Shown here: in pieces, positions 36,529 to 44,117 of the stretch
Position numbering within the stretch: the stretch's first letter is position 1
Layout: each line of letters opens with the position of its first letter
Origin: a candidate division TM6 bacterium UASB124
GTDB taxonomy: Bacteria > Babelota > Babeliae > Babelales > RVW-14
Reading direction: 5' to 3'
Length of the DNA: 64,000 nucleotides
NCBI GenBank assembly: GCA_945897315.1
Contig: CAMDFF010000001.1
Span: 106,366 to 170,365, forward strand
Made by a program: the position numbers and the translations under genes
The notes under the pieces: model-generated
What the model was told of the DNA's origin: nothing
Database searches by the model: none
The model's input: only the letters and a program-made list of their open reading frames with translations

Positions 36529-37200
36529 TTATTCGAAAATAAGGTGAAAATAATTATGTTTCATGCGGATATAAAACACGGTCAACGAAGCGCAATTAAT
36601 CATATGTATGATGGCTAAGAGTGGAATAAAAATTCCAGGAATATAGGCATCTAATGTGTATGCTAATTTGTACCAGCAGATGTTTAAGGCTGTTGTGCCG
36701 AGAGCTAAAATTATCACTGCTGGAAGTAAATAAAACAGTGCTTTTCCTGTGCGTTGTAACGATACTCTGTAATCATTAATTGTTTGATTTGTATCAAAAA
36801 AAAATAAGAGCACGAGTGTTGCTAATGGCAATAAATAAGGACCAAGGAGCAGATACGTAAGCGCTACTGCCCATATGCTACGCGGTAAATAGGCTAGATA
36901 ATAATCGCTATCTTTTTGTTCAATTGATGGTCGCATGCTGGTTACGTAAGCAAAGAGCAGAATGATATGCAAGAGGATGCTTATATTTGTTCCAAAATTT
37001 GGTAACGTTCCATTGATTCTTGGTGCATTTCCGATGTGTAGCACTGTTAGTGCAACAAAGGCCCACCAGAAATATCTGAGTATGCAGGGTGTTGCCAGCT
37101 TGATAGTGTTGAGGCAGCCGAGCAGATAGAGCGAAAATGTTGCTCTATGAAATAACTTAAGTGAATCTTTCCAGTGTGTTAAAAGCACGGCGTAGTTCAT
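36529..37200 (-). CDS. Hypothetical polytopic membrane protein (paralogue pair, member 2)
   Basis: N-terminus VLLTHWKDSLKLF...FWWAFVALTVL and six TM helices. Confidence 0.5.
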   Translation of the reverse strand: MNYAVLLTHWKDSLKLFHRATFSLYLLGCLNTIKLATPCILRYFWWAFVALTVLHIGNAPRINGTLPNFGTNISILLHIILLFAYVTSMRPSIEQKDSDYYLAYLPRSIWAVALTYLLLGPYLLPLATLVLLFFFDTNQTINDYRVSLQRTGKALFYLLPAVIILALGTTALNICWYKLAYTLDAYIPGIFIPLLAIIHMINCASLTVFYIRMKHNYFHLIFE

Positions 37201-37298
37201 AGCATGGTCCTTTGCATCTTACGGGTGAATGAGCCAAGAAGGTACCGTAAAGTTACACCAAAAGCAAAGATGAAAGTAAAGATGATAGTCATAAGCAT
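37197..37298 (-). CDS. Possible 33-aa hydrophobic micro-ORF coupled to 36529-37200
   Basis: Encodes MLMTIIFTFIFAFGVTLRYLLGSFTRKMQRTML. GAAGG lies 9 nt upstream, and the stop overlaps the next ATG (ATGA). It is below the ORF-track size cut-off. Confidence 0.25.
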   Translation of the reverse strand: MLMTIIFTFIFAFGVTLRYLLGSFTRKMQRTML

Positions 37299-37348
37299 TG
37301 CTAGGCCTTCGTAAATGAAAATAAAAAACCATCAAATGAAAACCTTCA

Positions 37349-37378
37349 TTGACAAGTGTAAAATTTAAAAACTACAAT
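37349..37378 (+). promoter_or_regulatory. Sigma70-like promoter upstream of topA
   Basis: TTGACA-18 nt-TACAAT, about 125 nt upstream of the topA start. Confidence 0.4.
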
Positions 37379-37503
37379 AGATATAGTGAACGCATAAAGT
37401 CTTTGACAAATGTGTTGCACTTGGTAAAACAAAGACCTTGCATTGGAAAACAATGACGGCATGCATGAAATAGGGACATGCGTGTTGTAAGTAACTGGGG
37501 GGA

Positions 37504-39783
37504 ATGGGCATGCGAAGAAAAAAAACTATGAATGAATCTGGACCAAAATTATTAATTGTAGAGTCACCGGGTAAGATCAAAACGATCTCAAAATTCCTTG
37601 GCAAGGATTTTAAGATCATGTCTACCATCGGCCATATCAAAGATTTACCACAGCGCCGCGTGGGGATTGTTATTGATGAAAAAACGGGTGCTATCGATTT
37701 AAAGTATGACGTACTAAAAGATAAGGCGACCGTGATTGCTGATATTTGCAAGCAAGCGCGTGTTTCGAGTGAAGTGTTTCTAGCGGCTGACCCTGATCGT
37801 GAAGGGGAGATTATCGCCTGGCACATTGGTCAGGAGATAGAAAAAGTTTTTGGTGATCCTACACGTATTCACCGTATAGCGTTTAATGAAATTACTAAAA
37901 CAGCTATTCAAGAAGCAATTCAGCATCCTTCATCTGTAGATCTGAATAAAGTTGGCGCGCAGCAAGCGCGACGTGTTTTGGATCGCTGGGTGGGCTATGA
38001 AGTTTCACCAATTTTATGGCGTAAAATTAGTAAGGGTCTTTCTGCTGGTCGTGTACAGTCTGTGGCCTTGCTGTTGATCTGTGACCGCGAAGCAGAGATC
38101 GTAGCCTTTAAGGTTGAAGAATACTGGTCGATCCATGCTATTTTCTTAGCAACAGGCAAATCTGAAATGTTGTCTGAGCTGGTGAAGATTAGCGGTAAGA
38201 CGGCAGTAATTGATTCTGAAGAGCAGGCCAATAAAATCCTTGAAGAGATCAAGAAGCAATCGTTTGCCATTACTAAAATCACTGAAAAAAAGCGCTTAAA
38301 GAACCCATCGCCGCCGTTTATGACGAGTACATTGCAGCAAGACTCGTACAACAAGCTTGGCTTCTCTGTTGATAAAACCATGTCTGTTGCCCAGCGCTTG
38401 TATGAAGGTATTCAGCTGGCTGACAAAGGTGGTGCTGAGGCACTGATTACGTATATGCGTACTGACTCGTTGCGTATTGCAGATTCAGCATTAGCTACCG
38501 TTCGTGATTTTATTGGCAAAGAGTACGGTAAAGAATATTTGCCAAAATCTGCGTTTATGTACGGCAAGAAGGGCGCCCAGGATGCGCATGAAGCCATTCG
38601 TCCTATTGATGTGAATATCACGCCAGCGTACGTTGCAAAATATGCCTCAGCTGAAGACGCCAAACTTTATGGTTTGATTTGGAAGCGCTTTGTTGCGTGC
38701 CAAATGGAGCCTGCAGAATACCATCAACGCCAAGTGACCATTGATGGTGGCAAGTACCAGTTTAGAGCTACCGGCTCAACACTCGTCTTTGATGGATTCT
38801 TAAAAGTCTATGAAGTTGAAGATGAAGAAGATGAAAAGGCCGTCAAGATACCTAAAGACATCAAAGAAAATGACGCTTTGACGGCGAAGAAATTTGACCC
38901 TAAGCAGCATTTTACGCAGCCACCCCCACGGTACACTGAAGCATCGCTTGTTAAAGAGCTTGAAAAACGTGGGATAGGTCGACCAAGTACTTATAACGCA
39001 ATTATCTCGACCATTCAAAAAAGAGCGTATTGCTCGCGAGAAAACAAGCGCTTTGTTCCTACCGAGCTAGGTAAAAAAGTCAGTGACATGCTTTCGCAAA
39101 ACCTGCCAGACATTATCAATGTTACGTTCACTGCAAAGATGGAAGAGGATCTTGATAAAATTGCTCAGGGCGAAGCTGTTCGTGATAGCGTGCTGAACGA
39201 GTTTTATACGAAGTTTAAAAAAGATTTAGTCGCGTTTGGTGGCAATGTCACCGACAAAAAAGCGATTGAGACAGATCTATCATGTCCAACTTGCCAGAAC
39301 CCCTTGGTTATTCGGTTTAGCCGCAATGGTGAATTTGTTGGCTGTTCTAAGTTTCCTGAGTGTACGTTTACTTCAAATTTTTCTCGCAAAGAAAGTGGGG
39401 AGATTGTGCTAGAAGACAAAGAACAAGCTGATTTTGGGGCGTGTCCTCAATGCAGCAAGCCTATGGTCAAGCGTATGAGTAAATTTGGTCCGTTTATCTC
39501 CTGTTCTGGCTACCCGGAGTGCAAATATATTCATCAAGAAAAGCTCAAGATGCCATGCCCAACCTGTGGCGGCGAGCTGGTGAAGCGTCGCTGGAAAGGT
39601 GGTTCGTTTTGGGGGTGTGGCAAATACCCTGGGTGTAAGTTTGCTATCTTTGGCCAGGTCGAAGAGTCGCCGTGTCCACAGTGCAAGAGCCCGTATTTGC
39701 TCTCGCTTTTTGATAAGAAAAATGAGACAACCAAGCTCAGCTGCCCTAATAAAGAATGTGGATATTCGATAGCTAAAGAGTAG
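37504..39783 (+). CDS. topA: DNA topoisomerase I with C-terminal zinc-ribbon repeats
   Basis: Toprim LLIVESPGKIKT and DPDREGE, GRVQSVA, the active-site region TYMRTDS, and several C-terminal CxxC...CxxC modules. The start could be 37504, 37510 or 37528. Confidence 0.92.
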   Translation: MGMRRKKTMNESGPKLLIVESPGKIKTISKFLGKDFKIMSTIGHIKDLPQRRVGIVIDEKTGAIDLKYDVLKDKATVIADICKQARVSSEVFLAADPDREGEIIAWHIGQEIEKVFGDPTRIHRIAFNEITKTAIQEAIQHPSSVDLNKVGAQQARRVLDRWVGYEVSPILWRKISKGLSAGRVQSVALLLICDREAEIVAFKVEEYWSIHAIFLATGKSEMLSELVKISGKTAVIDSEEQANKILEEIKKQSFAITKITEKKRLKNPSPPFMTSTLQQDSYNKLGFSVDKTMSVAQRLYEGIQLADKGGAEALITYMRTDSLRIADSALATVRDFIGKEYGKEYLPKSAFMYGKKGAQDAHEAIRPIDVNITPAYVAKYASAEDAKLYGLIWKRFVACQMEPAEYHQRQVTIDGGKYQFRATGSTLVFDGFLKVYEVEDEEDEKAVKIPKDIKENDALTAKKFDPKQHFTQPPPRYTEASLVKELEKRGIGRPSTYNAIISTIQKRAYCSRENKRFVPTELGKKVSDMLSQNLPDIINVTFTAKMEEDLDKIAQGEAVRDSVLNEFYTKFKKDLVAFGGNVTDKKAIETDLSCPTCQNPLVIRFSRNGEFVGCSKFPECTFTSNFSRKESGEIVLEDKEQADFGACPQCSKPMVKRMSKFGPFISCSGYPECKYIHQEKLKMPCPTCGGELVKRRWKGGSFWGCGKYPGCKFAIFGQVEESPCPQCKSPYLLSLFDKKNETTKLSCPNKECGYSIAKE

Positions 39784-39805
39784 CTGTTTTCTTAGCAAAA
39801 ATATA

Positions 39806-39837
39806 AAGCCCAGAGATTTTAACACATCTCTGGGCTT
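39806..39837. terminator. Hairpin terminator between topA and the convergent ATPase gene
   Basis: AAGCCCAGAGAT-8 nt-ATCTCTGGGCTT. A T-rich tract follows on the minus strand. Confidence 0.6.
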
Positions 39838-39916
39838 CGCACAGTCCATAAAGCCCTACTTGTAGTGTGATTGACGGTGTTTGTGCGAAATTCAACATCA
39901 ATGTTAATATCTGCAC
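39828..39916. repeat. 89-bp direct repeat, copy 1 (49-bp conserved core at 39868-39916)
   Basis: The core TGATTGACGGTGTTTGTGCGAAATTCAACATCAATGTTAATATCTGCAC matches 41272-41320 with 2 mismatches. CTCTGGGCTT lies 40 nt upstream of the core in both copies. Confidence 0.9.
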
Positions 39917-39921
39917 AGAAT

Positions 39922-41091
39922 TTATAGCATAACTTTTTTTAGTTCATTCCATCCAACGATCGAGCATTGTTCTTGTTCAAGGCTAATGGTGCCTCCATAC
40001 ACGAGGAATGATGTATGTGGTGTGAGTCCAATATGCTCTTGTCCAAAACGAATACCGTTAAGCATGTCGGCTTTAAACGTGGTGCTAGATTTAATTTCTA
40101 TACCCCGAATGTTGCCCTCTAGCTCAAGAATGCAATCAATTTCGTTGTTGTTGCTATCGCGCCAAAAATACATCTGGGGGCGTTGTTTGCTGTGGCAAAA
40201 CTGTTTTGCAATGTCGCTGATGACATAGTTTTCAAAAAAAATACCCTTCATTGTTGGGTTCATAACCAATTGCTCTGCACTAACACCCAATAACCGTGCT
40301 GCCAAGGCTGTTTCATAAAAATAAAGCTTTGGTGATTTAGTAATCCGTTTGCTAAAATTTTTATAATAAGGGGCCAATAAAAAAATGCAGTAGCTTGCTT
40401 CCAGCAGAGAAAGCCAGTTTTTTACTGTTGGGAGGGAAATTTGCAAGTCTCGTGCTAGGTCACTATACGAAACAATCTGCCCAATGCGGAGTGCACAGGC
40501 TTTCATAAACTGTTTAAAAGCAAACAAGTCACCAACATGTTTTAGGCCACGGACATCCCGTTCAAGGTAGGAAAAAAGATAGTCATCATACCATTCATCA
40601 AAGGGTGTCTTTTGCCAATAAATGCGGGGGAAGCATCCTTGAATTAACACCGTTTCTGCCGATGCTGGCAACAGGTTGGCCAACGACATTTCTTGCTGAT
40701 CAAGGGGCAAAAGAGTAAAGAGTGCGACTCTGCCTGCAAGTGATTGGCTGATATGCTCGCTCATTAAATAATTTTGTGACCCGGTTAAGACAAACTCGCC
40801 CATGCGTCCTGATTCATCGACAATGCCTTGGAGGTACGATAATAACTGTGGCTCGCGTTGAAACTCGTCAAAAATAACTCCCTGTTTGCCAGTGACACTA
40901 TTTAAAAAACCGCGCAAGTCTGCTTGAGCTACGGCTTGAGTGTCCATATTTTCAAATGAGTAGTAGGCATAGTCAGGAAATGCCATCTTTGCCAGTGTTG
41001 TTTTTCCCGACTGTCGAGGCCCAAGAATCGCAACAATGGGGTTGTACGTTGCGGATTTTTTGATTTTTTCGGTTAAGAGGCGGTGGTACAT
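39922..41091 (-). CDS. AAA+ ATPase with DUF4143-type C-terminal domain
   Basis: Walker A GPRQSGKTT, Walker B VIFDEFQ, a central wHTH-like region (SYSDLARDLQISLPTVKNWLSLLE) and a C-terminal EIDCILE...IEIK (PD-(D/E)XK-like). RBS AAGGAG. Confidence 0.8.
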   Translation of the reverse strand: MYHRLLTEKIKKSATYNPIVAILGPRQSGKTTLAKMAFPDYAYYSFENMDTQAVAQADLRGFLNSVTGKQGVIFDEFQREPQLLSYLQGIVDESGRMGEFVLTGSQNYLMSEHISQSLAGRVALFTLLPLDQQEMSLANLLPASAETVLIQGCFPRIYWQKTPFDEWYDDYLFSYLERDVRGLKHVGDLFAFKQFMKACALRIGQIVSYSDLARDLQISLPTVKNWLSLLEASYCIFLLAPYYKNFSKRITKSPKLYFYETALAARLLGVSAEQLVMNPTMKGIFFENYVISDIAKQFCHSKQRPQMYFWRDSNNNEIDCILELEGNIRGIEIKSSTTFKADMLNGIRFGQEHIGLTPHTSFLVYGGTISLEQEQCSIVGWNELKKVML

Positions 41092-41105
41092 GCATTACTC
41101 CTTAT

Positions 41106-41153
41106 TATGAAACTTTCATATATTCTCTGTTCAAGTTTATGAAAATCATAAAC
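41106..41153. promoter_or_regulatory. Two operator-like palindromes upstream of the ATPase gene
   Basis: TATGAAACTTTCATA (41106-41120) and GTTTATGA-AAA-TCATAAAC (41135-41153). They share the half-site TATGA and lie 15-60 nt upstream of the start codon. Confidence 0.3.
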
Positions 41154-41231
41154 TCCGGTCTATTTTTTGTAAAAATACATACAAAACAGGAGTGTCTAGT
41201 TACATTTTTGAATTTTGCGAGCATGTGCCTC

Positions 41232-41320
41232 CTCTGGGCTTTATTCTGTTCCTAATATTTTGCTGGTCGTTTGATTGACGGTGTTTGTGCGAATTTCAAC
41301 GTCAATGTTAATATCTGCAC
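41232..41320. repeat. 89-bp direct repeat, copy 2 (core at 41272-41320)
   Basis: See copy 1. In this copy the core carries a perfect inverted repeat, ATTGACG-N20-CGTCAAT. Confidence 0.9.
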
Positions 41321-41503
41321 GTTATTGTGCTATGTGTTGATCTAGGCGAACAATAGGAGTCTGTATGTTTAATCGAAATTTAGAATCAACGCTCTACTTC
41401 TATGCAAATTTTCCTGTTTTTATAAGAAATACATAAACCTGCTGCCTGTGTGCTAGGGTGAGATAGCGATGGGAAATGGGTTGGGTTTCGAGAAGGGGAT
41501 GGC

Positions 41504-42034
41504 ATGAAAATAGTTATCGTATTATTGTTTTGCTCGGTTGCCTTAGGTGTTCTCCATGCCGCTGATAGCGATGGTAGCGGCAATGACTATTCAGAGGACG
41601 AAATAATAGCAAAAAAGCGCTTTGACGTGCTGTTTGATTTGCGGCCATGGTTATGGCGAGCAGCACACGAGGGAGACGTGCCAGGCCTTGTTGAACTTGT
41701 ACGCGATGGGGTGTCGGTTGATGCGGCAGACTGCCATGGCGTGACGGCGCTCATGCTTGCGGCACATAGTGGCCACTGTGATGCGGTGAAATTTTTACTG
41801 ACTGCGGGGGCCGATGTGAATGCTGCGATGGGCAATGGCATAACGGCGATCATGCTTGCCGCTCATCAGGGGCATCGGATGATTGTTGATGTATTGCTTG
41901 GCGCAAGGGCCGATCTTGGTGTCATGACAGCTGAGCACGAGACGGTGTTGACCATCGCGCTGCCAGGAGCTGACTGGTATTTAATCTGTACATTGCTTGA
42001 CGCAGAAGGCATGAGGGGGCCGGCAAAGCTGTAG
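41504..42034 (+). CDS. Ankyrin-repeat protein with signal peptide
   Basis: About 3-4 ANK units (GVTALMLAAHSGHCDAVKFLLTAGADVNA; GITAIMLAAHQGHRMIVDVLLGARAD). Confidence 0.8.
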   Translation: MKIVIVLLFCSVALGVLHAADSDGSGNDYSEDEIIAKKRFDVLFDLRPWLWRAAHEGDVPGLVELVRDGVSVDAADCHGVTALMLAAHSGHCDAVKFLLTAGADVNAAMGNGITAIMLAAHQGHRMIVDVLLGARADLGVMTAEHETVLTIALPGADWYLICTLLDAEGMRGPAKL

Positions 42035-42063
42035 TGGGGTGTGATGGAAGCTTTTAATCGTGC

Positions 42064-42120
42064 AAAATAACCCACTGCCTGGCAAGCAGCGAGGCTGCCA
42101 GATAGTGGTTCTGGGTCAGG
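42064..42120. repeat. Hairpin repeat element, copy A
   Basis: AAAATAACCCACTGCCTGGCAAGCAGCGAGGCTGCCAGATAGTGGTTCTGGG. Same family as copies B and D. Confidence 0.8.
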
Positions 42121-42202
42121 CAATGGAAGGTGGTATTTGACTAAGGCAGATGATAGACTGGGGCGCTAGAAAGTAAATTGAGCCTTGAAGCAAGGGAGAG
42201 CA

Positions 42203-43795
42203 ATGCAAAAAATATGTGTTACCGAAAAAGAGTTTAAAGCAATACGTGAGGCTGGTGGTGTTTACGTCGATAAAACGAAACATATCAGCGATCTTTTTAG
42301 TGATGATAAATATTTTTTTCTTACCCGCCCGCGTCGCTTTGGCAAATCACTGCTTTGTTCAACATTAGCGGAGTTATTTTCAGCTAACCGTGCATTATTC
42401 AATGGTCTGTGGATTGACAGCAGTGACTGGGTTTGGAAAAAGTACCCCGTGCTTCGGTTTGATATGAGTAAGATTGCATCCCCAACGGCGACCGCAGCAG
42501 ACGTACGGCAGGGGATTGTTAATCTTCTCTCTGATAATGCTCAGCATATCGGCGTAGCTGATCTCAAAGAAGGGACCCCCTATTTAATGTTTGAGCAGCT
42601 GATTAAAAAAACAAAAGAAGTGCATGGAGAAAACGTAGTTGTTCTTATCGACGAGTACGATAAGCCCTTGCTTGACGTTATTAATGATCAGTCTCGTTAT
42701 AGAGACATTCAGAAAGAGCTGTGCGCTTTTTATAGTCAGCTTAAGCCAGCAGAAGAAGATTTAAAATTTGTCTTGATAACGGGGGTTTTTAAATTTACCC
42801 AGGCATCGATATTTTCTGGTCTGAACAATTTAAATGATATTTCTTTCGATCCGCATGCAGCAGAGTTACTTGGATATACGGAGCAAGAAATTAGAGCGTT
42901 TTTTCCGGAACATTTAGCAGTATTAGCTGCTAAAAATAACATATCTGTTGATGCAATGATGTTGAAGCTGCAAAAACACTACAACGGCTATTTTTTTGGT
43001 GTAGATGTTGATACGGGTGAGCCTTTTGGTGGAGTTTATAATCCTTTTGCTTTAAATTATGTTTTTAAAGCACAGCAACAGTTGGATAAGTGGTTTGAAT
43101 CAGGTTCGCCAGCGGCATTAATTAAGAAGCTGACAGCAACCCAGTTTGAAGATCTTGATCCAGAAAATCTAACGGTACATTTTTCAACGCTTGTAAAATC
43201 ATGCAGCGCAGATGACATAACTGCTTTGAGTATGTTGTACTATACAGGTTATGTAACCCTAAAAAAATACCACAATAAAAGAGTAACTCTTGGTTTTCCT
43301 AACGCAGAAGTAGCATGCGCCTTTACGGAGGCATTGTTGCCATTGCTCTTGCACAAAAGCTCAAGCGCTGTTACCAAAATTATGGATAAAATTCATGATT
43401 TATTTGAAGAGGAGCGGCTCAGTGATTTAAAGCAGTTGCTGAATGATGCGCTTGCCCCCGTTGCCTACCCGGTCCTTGCCAAGCCGCAAAATGATTCACC
43501 ACAAGAGCATTTGTATCAGATCGCATTTTATTACCTGTTTATAGGTAGCAAAATGCCTACGACGCTAGAAGATATGACTAATCGTGGCCGCATTGATATT
43601 GTCGTACAGCTACCGTCAGTAATTTATGTTTTTGAACTGAAGATGGATGAGCCAGCGGCAGTCGCGATTCAACAGATCAAAGATAAAGATTATTCGGCAA
43701 AGTTTCGTCATATGGGTAAACAGGTATACGCCATTGGCATTTCGGTAAATTCAGAAAAACGATACGTCAAAGAGCTTGAATGGGAATTGCTATAA
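42203..43795 (+). CDS. AAA-ATPase-like domain protein with PD-(D/E)XK (PDDEXK_9-type) C-terminus
   Basis: N-terminus FKAIREAGGVYVDKTKHISDL...FFLTRPRRFGKSL and VVLIDEYDKPL. C-terminus RIDIVVQ...VFELKMD. The ATG at 42203 follows GGGAGAG; the ORF track starts at a TTG at 42185. Confidence 0.75.
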   Translation: MQKICVTEKEFKAIREAGGVYVDKTKHISDLFSDDKYFFLTRPRRFGKSLLCSTLAELFSANRALFNGLWIDSSDWVWKKYPVLRFDMSKIASPTATAADVRQGIVNLLSDNAQHIGVADLKEGTPYLMFEQLIKKTKEVHGENVVVLIDEYDKPLLDVINDQSRYRDIQKELCAFYSQLKPAEEDLKFVLITGVFKFTQASIFSGLNNLNDISFDPHAAELLGYTEQEIRAFFPEHLAVLAAKNNISVDAMMLKLQKHYNGYFFGVDVDTGEPFGGVYNPFALNYVFKAQQQLDKWFESGSPAALIKKLTATQFEDLDPENLTVHFSTLVKSCSADDITALSMLYYTGYVTLKKYHNKRVTLGFPNAEVACAFTEALLPLLLHKSSSAVTKIMDKIHDLFEEERLSDLKQLLNDALAPVAYPVLAKPQNDSPQEHLYQIAFYYLFIGSKMPTTLEDMTNRGRIDIVVQLPSVIYVFELKMDEPAAVAIQQIKDKDYSAKFRHMGKQVYAIGISVNSEKRYVKELEWELL

Positions 43796-43860
43796 AAACA
43801 ACCCGCTGCCTGGCAAGCGGTGAGGCTGCCAAGGCAGTGGGTTTTAGGTGATGCAAGGGA
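43795..43860. repeat. Hairpin repeat element, copy B (abuts the stop codon)
   Basis: AAAACAACCCGCTGCCTGGCAAGCGGTGAGGCTGCCAAGGCAGTGGGTTTTAGGTGATGCAAGGGA. The arms CCCGCTGCCTGGC and GCCAAGGCAGTGGG pair. Confidence 0.85.
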
Positions 43861-44090
43861 AGCTTTAGGCTTAGTAGGTTAACTGATCATCTTCTCGTGC
43901 TCTACGATTCATGTCTGCAATCGCGGTTTTTTCAGCTAGGTCAATCGTGGCGTACGAGTTAATATATTATTTTTCTTTATTGATCCGTTTTGCTAGCTCT
44001 TGCATAAGCACATAGTGGCTTTTGATAGCGGCAAAAACTTCTCTTGGTTTTGGCTACGGCAGGGATAAAAGACAGCGGGCAAATATAGGA

Positions 44091-44117
44091 AATGCCCACT
44101 GCCTGGTTGGTAAGCGG
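44091..44117. repeat. Hairpin repeat element, truncated copy C (left arm only, abuts the stop codon)
   Basis: The 12-nt run CCCACTGCCTGG is identical to the left arm of copies A and D. Beyond it the sequence diverges and runs into the stop at 44118. Confidence 0.6.

Noticed and set aside
37365-37826. 153-aa minus-strand ORF overlapping the topA start.
   Set aside because: It lies antisense to the highly conserved Toprim region of topA and spans the topA promoter. It has no recognisable features, so it is most likely spurious.
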